This document shows positions 25,201-35,770 of a DNA stretch of 64,000 nucleotides, piece by piece (within the stretch, counting starts at the first letter, position 1; each line of letters opens with the position of its first letter). Under the pieces are notes generated by a model. The model saw nothing but the letters and a program-made list of their open reading frames with translations, was not told the origin of the DNA and did no database searches. A program made the translations under genes and the position numbers. Source of the DNA: Pristiophorus japonicus (taxonomy: Eukaryota); assembly GCF_044704955.1 (NCBI RefSeq), contig NW_027253544.1:124001-188000 (forward strand), read 5' to 3'.

Positions 25201-26332
25201 GCACTTGGTTATGACCCAGAGAGTCGGGTGTGCGGGCAATGGGCAGTGATGGGATTATTTGCCTTCTCCGTGCCCCCTTCTCTCAGTAGGGCCCAGTTAC
25301 ATGTGTGACTGTTGCTCACCCTGCAGACTGTCCCGAGCAATGCCCCGGGAGGTCTACCAATGATAAGTAGTTGTCTACATTTACAGAACATGGAGTGAGC
25401 ACCAAACGCAAGGGCTGGGAGAGTCTGGTTAGTGAGGGAGCTGAGAGTGGGACTCAGTAACCATCTGTGAGCAGGCAACAGGCTCCAGACTAACTATTAA
25501 CAACCCCAAAGAAGATCAAATAACAACAAAATGTACTGTTCTAACAAGCTATTGTGCACCAGTATTACTGTATCTATTAAACTCATTATGTTGCTCATTC
25601 TGACTTTCACAAATGATGATACAAGATCAATAGGTTAATCCCAACCTTTCAAAGCTCACAACCTTCTCTCTAATCTGCTGGTTGATGATGTTTTCATAGT
25701 GTTCTCTTCAAAAAGCAAAAATGGTGAGATATTGTATCCGGCCACATTCACTGCTCGAGAGATCAGCCAGTTAGTCTCAGTCAGTGCTTTCCTTCACTGA
25801 AACTGCTTGTGTCTCAGGTAGCCCCAGGTTACAAACCTATTGTGATGCCTGATCTCACTGTGATGCACAGGGTAGGGTCAGGCTTGCCCTGTGATGTCAC
25901 GGTTTGACCCGTCCAGTTACCTTGATGTAACTGTGTTGGTCAAAAACCCCTGGGCTTGAGATTAAAATGACTAGATGCACTAGAATACAATAACAGCTTT
26001 ACACTTGGTTATAACCCAGCATCCAAATGTATTGTATGGAATTGCTGACCGCATCCAAATGTACTGCTCGGGCGATGGACAATGATAAACTTGTTTGCCT
26101 TCTCCATGCCCACATTTCTGGGTGGAGGATGACTCTAGCACTCCAATGTCCTTCTGAAACAGCTTTTGTGTTTCTTGGGTTTGGAGTGCTGGATGCTCAG
26201 AGCAACGGTGGTGCAGCAGTCATAAGAACATAAGAACATAAGAAATAGGAGCAGGAGTAGGCCATAAGGCCCCTCGAGTTGCTCCGCTATTTAATACCAT
26301 CATGGCTGATCGGATCATGGACTCAGATCCAC

Positions 26333-27162
26333 TTAATGTGGATAAATGTGAGGTTATCCACTTTGGTGGTAAAAACAGAGAGACAGACTATTATCTGAAT
26401 GGTGACAGATTAGGAAAAGGGAAGGTGCAACGAGACCTGGGTGTCATGGTACATCAGTCATTGAAGGTTGGCATGCAGGTGCAGCAGGCGGTTAAGAAAG
26501 CAAATGGCATGTTGGCCTTCATAGCGAGGGGATTTGAATACAGGGGCAGGGAGGTGTTGCTACAGTTGTACAGGGCCTTGGTGAGGCCACACCTGGAGTA
26601 TTGTGTACAGTTTTGGTCTCCTAACTTGAGGAAGGACATTCTTGCTATTGAGGGAGTGCAGCGAAGGTTCACCAGACTGATTCCCGGGATGGCGGGACTG
26701 ACCTATCAAGAAAGATTGGATCAATTGGGCTTGTATTCACTGGAGTTCAGAAGAATGAGAGGGGACCTCATAGAAACGTTAAAAATTCTGACGGGTTTAG
26801 ACAGGTTAGATGCAGAAAGAATGTTCCCAATGTTGGGGAAGTCCAGAACCAGGGGTCACAGTCTGAGGATAAGGGGTAAGCCATTTAGGACCGAGATGAG
26901 GAGAAACTTCTTCACCCAGAGAGTGGTGAACCTGTGGAATTCTCTACCACAGAAAGTAGTTGAGGCCAATTCACTAAATATATTCAAAAGGGAGTTAGAT
27001 GAAGTCCTTACTACTCGGGGGATCAAGGGTTATGGCGAGAAAGCAGGAAGGGGGTACTGAAGTTTCATGTTCAGCCATGAACTCATTGAATGGCGGTGCA
27101 GGCTAGAAGGGCTGAACGGCCTGCTCCTGCACCTATTTTCTATGTTTCTATGTTTCTATGTT
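26333..27162 (+). mobile_element. CR1 LINE 3' fragment, ORF2 end still open
   Basis: ORF 26302-27060 with RPHLEYCVQFWSP; (TTTCTATG)n tail; inserted into a reversed CR1 tail that resumes at 27163. Confidence 0.9.
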
Positions 27163-28820
27163 TCCCTGCCCACTCCTCATAACCCCTTAACCCCTTATCA
27201 GTTAAAAACTGTCTCTTTCTGTCAAATCCATTAAATGATCCAGCATCCAAAAGCAGACTGAGGCAGTGAATTCCAAAGATTTACAACCCTGTGAGAGAAG
27301 AAATTCCTCCTCATCTCATTTTTAAATGGGCGGCCCCTTATTCTAAGATCATGCCCCCTAGTTCTAGTCTCCCCCATCAGCAGAAACATCCTCTCTGCAT
27401 CCACCTTGTCAAGCCCCCTCATAATCTTAAACGCTTCGATAAGATCCCCTCTCATTCTTCTGAATTCCAATGAATAGAGGCCTAACCTCCTCAGCCTTTC
27501 CTCATAAGTCAGCCCCCTCATCTCCGGAATCAACCTAGTGATCCTTCTCTGAACTGCCTCCAAAGCAAGTACATCCTTTCGTAAATATGGAAAGCAAAAC
27601 TGCACGCAGTATTCCAGGTGTGGCCTCACCAATACCCTGTATAACTGTAGCAAGACTTCCCTGCTTTTATACTCCATCCCCTTTGCAATAAAGGCCAAGA
27701 TTCCATTGACCTTCCTGATCACTTGCTGTACCTGCATACTATCCTTTTGTATTTCATGCACCAGGACCCCCAGGTCTCACTGTACTGCGGCACTTTGCAA
27801 TCTTTCTCCATTTAAATAATAACTTGCTCTTTGATTTTTTTTCTGCCAAAGTGCATGACCTCACACTTTCCAACATTATACTCCATCTGCCAAATGTTTG
27901 CCCACTCACTTAGCCTGTCTATGTCCTTTTGCAGATTTTTTTTTTCCTCCTCACTCATTGCTTTTCCTCCCATCTTTGTTTCGCCCGCAAACTTGGCTCC
28001 GTTACACTCGGTCCCTTCTTCCAAGTCATTAATATAGATTGTAAATAGGTGGGGTCCCAGCACTGATCCCTGCAGCACCCCACTAGTTACTGATTGCCAA
28101 CCAGAGAATGAACCATTTATTCCGACTCTCTGTTTTCTGTTAGTTAGCCAATCCTCTATCCATGCTAATATATCACCCCCAACCCCGTTAACTTTTATCT
28201 TGTGCAGTAACCTTTTATGTGGCACCTTGTCAAATGTCTTCTGGAAATCCAAATACACCACATCCACAGGTTCCCCTTTATCCACCCTGTTCATTAGATC
28301 CTCAAAGAATTCCAGCAAATTTGTCAAACATGACCTCTCCTTCATAAATCCATGCTGACTCTGCCTGACTGCATTATGTTTTTCCAAATGTCCTGCTACT
28401 GATTCTTTAACAACATTTTCCCAACCCTTTAACCAATCCTCAATCCATGCTAGTATATTACCCCTAATCCCATCAACCCTCCTTTGTTTAATAATCTCTG
28501 GTGTGGCACCTTATCGAATGCCTTCTGAATATCCAAACTAGACCACATTCACTGATTCCCCCGATCTATTCTGCTAGTTACCACCTCAAAAAACTCAAAA
28601 CAGATTTGTCAAACACGTTTTCCCTTTCATAAATCGATGTTGACTCTGCCCAATCCTATTATTATTTTCTCAGTGCCCTTAATAATAGATTCGAGCATTT
28701 TCCCTATTACTGATGTCAGGCTAACTGGTCTGTAGTTCCCCGTTTTCTCTCTCCCTCCTTTCGTAAATAGTGGCGTAACATTAGCAACATTCCAGTCCAT
28801 GGGAACCGTTCTAGAATCGA
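27163..28820 (-). mobile_element. CR1 LINE RT fragments
   Basis: QHGFMKERSCLTNLLEFFED; NYRPVSLTS. Confidence 0.9.
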
Positions 28821-28821
28821 T

Positions 28822-29250
28822 GGGACTAGACTTTCGGCACATCATCGCCCAATTTATCCCCCATTTATCGCCCACTTATAGCCCATTTACGCCTATTGAT
28901 CGCCCATTGATCGCCCATTTATCGCCCATTTATCGCCCATTTAATGCTGAGATACAGGCTATTGCCCATTTTTGCCAGAAAGTAGAAACTAGCACCCGAT
29001 TATCGCCCATTTATCGCCGGCCAAACTTTTGGCACACATGAATGTGCTGCATCGCCCGGCTTAAGTTTAAAAAATATATGACGTCATCTGCGTGCCAGGC
29101 CGAGAATAGTGCTGAAACTGGAAACTTGTGCCCGATTATCGCCCATTTATCGCCACCGCAACTTCCGGCATTTCGCCCACACTTCGCCGAAATGGTCGCT
29201 GGTCGAAAAGTCGCTGAAAAAAAGCTGCACTCACCTGACCTTAAGTCGGT
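28822..29250 (+). mobile_element. Probable left end of a Harbinger-type DNA transposon with ATCGCCC subterminal repeats
   Basis: Starts gggactagactttc; more than 10 (tt)atcgccc motifs; precedes the Harbinger transposase. Confidence 0.5.
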
Positions 29251-29251
29251 G

Positions 29252-32200
29252 CTACTCGGCAGTACTCGGCAGTACTCGGCAGTATTCGGCAGTACTCGGC
29301 AGTATTCGGCAGTACTCGGCAGTGCTCGGCAATACTCGGCAATACTCGGCAGTACTTGGAAATACTCGGCAGTACTCGGAAATACTCGGCAGTACTCGGC
29401 AATACTCGGCAGTATTCGGCAGTACTCGGCAGTACTTGGAAATACTCGGCAGTACTCGGCAATACTCGGCAGTACTCGGCAATACTCGGCAGTACTCGGA
29501 AATACTCGGCAGTATTCGGCAGTACTCGGCAGTACTCGGCAATACTCGGCAATACTCGGCAGTACTCAGAAATACTCGGCAGTACTCGGCAGTACTCGGC
29601 AATACTCGGCAGTAGTCGGCAGCACTCGGCAATACTCGGCAGTACTCGGCAATACTCGGCAGTACTCGGCAATACTCGGCAGTACTCGGCATTACTCGGC
29701 AATACTCGGCAGTACTTGGCAATACTCGGCAGTACTCGGCAATACTCGGCAATGCTCGGAAATACTCGGCAGTATTCGGCAGTATTCGGCAGTACTCGGC
29801 AATACTCGGCAATACTCGGCAGTACTCAGAAATACTCGGCAGTACTCGGCAGTACTCGGCAATACTCGGCAGTACTCGGCAGTACTCGGAAATAATCGGC
29901 AGTACTCGGCAGTACTCGGCAATACTCGGCAGTATTCGGCAGTACACGGCAATACTCGGCAGTACTCGGCAGTACTCGGCAGTACTTGGCAATACTCGGC
30001 AGTACTCGGCAGGACTCGGCAGCACTCGGCAGTACTCTGCAATACTCAGGAGTACTCGGCAATACTCGGCAGTACTCGGCAGTACTCGGCAATACTCGGC
30101 AGTACTCGGCAATACTCGGCAGTACTCTGCAATACTCGGCAGTACTCGGCAGTACTCGGCAATACTCGGCAGTACTCGGCAGTACTCTGCAGCACTCGGC
30201 AGTACTCTGCAATACACGGCAGTATTCTGCAGTACTCGGCAGTACTCCGCAGTACTCGGCAATACTCGGCAGTACTCGGCAGTACTCGGCAATACTCGGC
30301 AGTATTCGGCAGTACACGGCAATACTCGGCAGTACTCGGCAGTACTCGGCAGTACTCGGCAGTACTCTGCAATACTCGGCAGTACTCGGCAATACTCGGC
30401 AGTACTCGGCAATACTCGGCAATACTCGGCAGTACTCGGCAATACTCGGCAGTACTCTGCAATACTCGGCAGTACTCGGCAGTACTCGGCAATACTCGGC
30501 AGTACTCGGCAGTACTCTGCAGCACTCGGCAGTACTCTGCAATACTCGGCAGTATTCTGCAGTACTCGGCAGTACTCCGCAGTACTCGGCAATACTCGGC
30601 AGTACTCGGCAGTACTCGGCAATACTCGGCAGTATTCGGCAGTACACGGCAATACTCGGCAGTACTCGGCAGTACTCGGCAGTACTCGGCAGTACTCTGC
30701 AATACTCGGCAGTACTCGGCAATACTCGGCAGTACTCGGCAATACTCGGCAATACTCGGCAGTACTCGGCAATACTCGGCAGTACTCTGCAATACTCGGC
30801 AGTACTCGGCAGTACTCGGCAATACTCGGCAGTACTCTGCAGTACTCGGAAGTACTCTGCAATATTCGGCAGTACCCTGCAGTACTCTGCAGTACTCCGC
30901 AGTACTCGGCAATACTCGGTAGTACTCGGCAATACTCGGCAGTACTCGGCAGTACTCGGCAATACCCAGCAGTACTCGGCAGTACTCGGCAATACTCGGC
31001 AGTACTCGGCAATACTCGGCAGTACTCGGCAGTACTCGGCAATACTCGGCAGTACTCGGCAGTACTCGGCAGTACTCTGCAGTACTCGGAAGTACTCTGC
31101 AATATTCGGCAGTACCCTGCAGTACTCTGCAGTACTCGGCAGTACTCGGCAATACTCGGTAGTACTCGGCAATACTCCGCAGTACTCGGCAGTACTCGGC
31201 AATACTCGGCAGTACTCGGCAGTACTCTGCAATACTCGGCAGTACTCGGCAGTACTCGGCAGTACTCGGCAGTACTCTGCAGTACTCGGCAGTACTCTGC
31301 AATATTCAGCAGTACTCTGCAGTACTCGGCAGTACTCGGCAGTACTCGGCAATACTCGGTAGTACTCGGCAATACTCGGCAGTACTCGGCAATACTCGGC
31401 AGTACTCGGCAGTACTCGGCAGTACTCGGCAATACTTGGCAGTACTCGGCAATACTCGGCAGTACTCGGCAATACTCGGCAGTACTCGGCAGTACTCGGC
31501 AATACTCGGCAGTACTCGGCAGTACTCGGCAGTACTCGGCAATACTTGGCAATACTCGGCAGTACTCGGCAGTACTCGGCAATACTTGGCAATACTCGGC
31601 AGTACTCTGCAATACTCGGCAGTACTCTGCAGTACTCGGCAATACTCTGCAGTACTCTGCAATACTCGGCAGTACTCTGAAATACTCGGCAGTACTCGGC
31701 AATACTCGGCAGTACTCGGCAATACTCGGCAGTACTCTGCAGTACTCGGCAGTACTCTGCAATATTCAGCAGTACTCTGCAGTACTCGGCAGTACTCGGC
31801 AATATCGGCAGTATTCGGCAGTACACGGCAATACTCGGCAGTACTCGGCAGTACTCGGCAGTACTTGGCAATACTCGGCAGTACTCGGCAGGACTCAGCA
31901 GTACTCGGCAGTACTCTGCAATACTCGGCAGTACTCGGCAATACTCGGCAGTACTCGGCAGTACTCGGCAATACTCGGCAGTACTTGGCAATACTCGCCA
32001 GTACTCTGCAATACTCGGCAGTACTCTGCAATACTCGGCAGTACTCGGCAGTACTCTGCAGTACTCGGCAGTACTCGGCAATACTCGGTAGTACTCGGCA
32101 ATACTCGGCAATACTCGGCAGTACTCGGCAGTACTCGGCAGTACTCAGCAATACTCGGCAGTACTCGGCAATACTCGGCAGTACTCGGCAGTACTCGGCA

Positions 32201-33532
32201 ATACTTGGCAATACTCGGCAGTACTCGGCAGTACTCGGCAGTACTCGGCAGTACTCGGCAATACTTGGCAATACTCGGCAGTACTCTGCAATACTCGGCA
32301 GTACTCTGCAGTACTCGGCAATACTCTGCAGTACTCTGCAATACTCGGCAGTACTCTGAAATACTCGGCAGTACTTGGCAATACTCGGCAGTACTCGGCA
32401 ATACTCGGCAATACTCGGCAGTACTCGGCAATACTTGGCAATACTCGGCAGTACTCGGCAATACTCGGCAGTACTCGGCAATACTTGGCAATACTCGGCA
32501 GTACTCGGCAATACTCGGCACTACTCGGCAATACTTGGCAATACTCGGCAGTACTCTGCAATTCTCGGCAGTACTCGGCAATACTCGGCAGTACTCGGCA
32601 ATACTCAGCAATAATCGGAAATACTCGGCAGTACTCGGCAGTACTCTGCAGTACTCGGCAATACTCGGCAGTACTCGGCAATACTCGGCAGTACTCGGCA
32701 ATACTCGGCAGTACTCGGCAATACTCGGCAGTACTCGGAAATACTCGGCAGTACTCGGCAATACTCGGCAGTACTCTGCAATACTCGGCAGTACTCTGCA
32801 GTACTCGGCAATACTCGGCAATACTCGGCAGTACTCGGCAATACTCGGCAGTACCCGGCAATACTCTGCAATACTTGGCAATACTCGGCAGTACTCTGCA
32901 GTACTCGGCAATACTCGGCAATACTCGGCAGTACTCTGCAGTACTCGGCAATACTCGGCAGTACTCGGCAGTACTCGGCAATACTCGGCAGTACCCGGCA
33001 ATACTCTGCAATACTCGGCAATACTCGGCAGTACTCTGCAGTACTCGGCAATACTCGGCAATACTCGGCAGTACTCTGCAGTACTCGGCAATACTCGGCA
33101 GTACTCGGCAATACTCGGCAGTACTCGGCAATACTCGGCAATACTCGGCAATACTCGGCAGTACTCGGCAATACTCGGCAGTACTCGGCAGTACTCGGCA
33201 ATACTCGGCAATACTCGGCAGTACTCTGCAATACTCTGCAATACTCGGCAGTACTCTGCAGTACTCGGCAATACTCGGCAATACTCGGCAATACTCGGCA
33301 ATACTCGGCAGTACTCGGCAATACTCGGCAGTACTCGGCAATACTCGGCAGTACTCTGCAATACTCTGCAATACTCGGCAGTACTCGGCAATACTCGGCA
33401 ATACTCGGCAATACTCGGCAATACTCGGCAGTACTCGGCAATACTCGGCAGTACTCGGCAATACTCGGCAATACTCGGCAGTACTCGGCAGTACTCGGCA
33501 ATACTCGGCAATACTCGGCAATACTCGGCACT
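29252..33532. repeat. 10-bp satellite (GGCARTACTC)n, ~4.3 kb, ~430 copies
   Basis: Uninterrupted agtactcggc/aatactcggc units; one 1-bp phase shift near 31805. Confidence 0.98.
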
Positions 33533-33704
33533 ACCGACGCCTTTTCGACAGTCGGAGGATCTGTACTGAAAGGCTGCTTCAAGTGTTTGTGAGGAGAATC
33601 AATCTCTGAGTGATTTTAAGGGCCTTTTTGACCCTTGCCAATCATCTAATCACATTTGTATCTGTTGAGGACAAATGAAGGGCATTTCTAGTGATTGATA
33701 GTGA

Positions 33705-34720
33705 TGGGCCTGTAATTTCTCAGCCAGTATTGGTCACTAATCACATGCTGCAGACTGACGATGGGAGAAGGTATATTGAAGAGCATTATGTGTCCAATCA
33801 AAGAGTTGACAGACTGGTGCAGAGGAGGAGACCTTACACCCAACGCATTTACAGGGAAAAGTGATCATAGCTGAACTTGTCCGATAACATGTGCGTTAGG
33901 AGGCTGCGATTCCGAAAGGAGGACATCAGTGAGATATGCCAGCTCATCAAGGGAGATCTGCAGTCTACCAGCACCATCAGGACTGCACTGCCTGTTGAGG
34001 TTAAGGTTACTGCGGCACTTTCCTTCTACGCATCGGGCTCCTTTCAAACCTCAGCTGGCGACATTTGCGGAAGCTATCAGCACGCCCGACACACACTGCT
34101 CCATTCGACAGGTGACTGAAGCCCTTTACGCACTCAGGATGGACTTTATAAACTTCCCTATGGCCAGGAAGGCACAGATTGAGAGGGCTTTGGGTTTCTC
34201 GCAAATAGCAAACTTCCTCAAGGTGCAGGGAGCAATAGACTGTACGCACATCGCCCTGCGAGCACCTTTTCAGGATGTAGAGGTACTTTGGAAGCGAAAA
34301 GGATTCCACTCCCTGAACGTGCAGCTAGTTGTCAACCACAAGCAAATAATCCTGGTAATAAATGCAATTATCCAGGCAGCATCCATGATGCACACATCTT
34401 GCATGGGAGCACTGTCTCTGACCTGTTTAAGAGTCAGCCACAAGGTCACGGTTGGATGCTGGGGGATAAAGGATATGACCTTGCCAGCTGGCTCATGACC
34501 CCCCTGCGTAAGGCCCAGACGGAAGCCAAGAAGTGCTACAATGAAAGCCATATAGCGACATGCAATGTCGTTAGAAAGACAATTGGAGTTCTGAAGCAGC
34601 GCTTCAGATTCCTGGACCACTCAGGAGGTAACCTACAATACCATCCTGAGCAGGTCGCGGAGCTTAATGTGGTGTGCTGCATGTTGTAGAACCTAGCTAT
34701 CAGGAGAGGACAACAATTGC
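33705..34720 (+). mobile_element. PIF/Harbinger DDE transposase (HARBI1-like), frameshifted
   Basis: ALSFYASGSFQ; VQGAIDCTHIAL; RKGFHSLNVQ; PGSIHDAHIL; LGDKGY; KTIGVLKQRFR. Confidence 0.9.
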
Positions 34721-34739
34721 AGATGGGACCACCAAAACT

Positions 34740-35770
34740 ATCCGCTCCACGCCCTCCGATATTCGTGTGGACATTGCGGCAGTGTTTCCGGTCAACCCAC
34801 CAATCGCCTGGAGCAGCTGTCGACCGATATAGACACTGTCCCTGGACAGTGTCACCAGGTCCTCGTTGGGACCTGCCTGTCACAGTGCATGCCTATCTCG
34901 CCGAATCAACCTCCGTGGGGTCAGCGTGGGCACTGTACACCTTGGAGTGGCCTGCTGCAAGCCGCTTGGCCCCGCTACTTCATCCGCCCATGAAGACGTG
35001 GCCGCAGGTACAACAGATGACAATTGGTCATCTTCCTCCTCCTCAGTAGTCTCCTCTGGACCCGTGGTGATGACCACCTGCAATGGCACAGGCGTCCGTG
35101 GAGGGGCCTCCCTTCGCACCTCGGGAGTCTCGGGACCTGCAAATCATCATTGAGGTTATTGTAACAGAAGGGTAGACATGAGAATGCTTGCGCTGTGCTG
35201 GCATATGTACGAGGAGCAACATTACTGCAATAAATGTGAACAAGAGACGTTACATATGATTACATCATTATGGTTGTACATCTATGCCCCAGAGAGCTGT
35301 GGAGGCTGGGTCATTGAATATATTTAAGGCAGAGATAGACAGACTTTTGAGCGATAAGGGAGTAAAGGGTTATGGGGAGCGAGAAGGGAAGTGGAGCTGA
35401 GTCCATGATCAGATCAGCCATGATCGTATTGAATGGCAGAGCAGGCTCGAGGGGCCGTATGGCCCACTCCTGCTCCTATTTCTTATGTTCTTATGTTCTT
35501 TAACTGAGAGTACTACAGAAGCTGCATGCACAACATGGCATTATTATTATATTATAATGAAATGCCATTAAATGACTTTAAATGACTCTGGTTTACCACT
35601 GCTTTACACATTAGTCACGCTGTGCAACAACGGGACCTGCACCACCGCGGGTGGCAGAGCGACTGTGACTGCCCACTAGTGCTGCAGCACATTCTGCCAA
35701 GTCAGTCAGGGTCTGTATATCCGGTGTTCCTCTGGTCCGCCTGATTCATGGATATCTTCCTCTGCATGGC
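34740..35770 (-). mobile_element. Harbinger Myb/SANT partner-gene exons, convergent with the transposase
   Basis: Acceptors atttgcag and ccatgcag; RKISMNQADQRNTG motif; acidic, low-complexity C-terminal exon. Confidence 0.5.
35280..35500 (+). mobile_element. CR1 3' tail
   Basis: Typical CR1 3' end with (TTCTTATG)n. Confidence 0.85.

Larger units (their letters stand above)
17190..26332 (+). repeat. Tandem array of about 9 related units (three subtypes) carrying a putative decayed 4-exon TM/cytoplasmic cassette; most units end in a reversed CR1 tail
   Basis: Units start ~17190, 18101, 18977, 19868, 20640, 23470 (partial), 23945, 24821, 25590; block 18977-21075 recurs at 23945-26020. Confidence 0.85.

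Noticed and set aside
29252-33532. CRISPR-like array
   Set aside because: No unique spacers, no cas genes, vertebrate context.
29042-33609. Very long ORFs of STRQYSAVLG / STAEYCRVLP repeats
   Set aside because: Artefact of a stop-free 10-mer satellite that is open in all frames on both strands.
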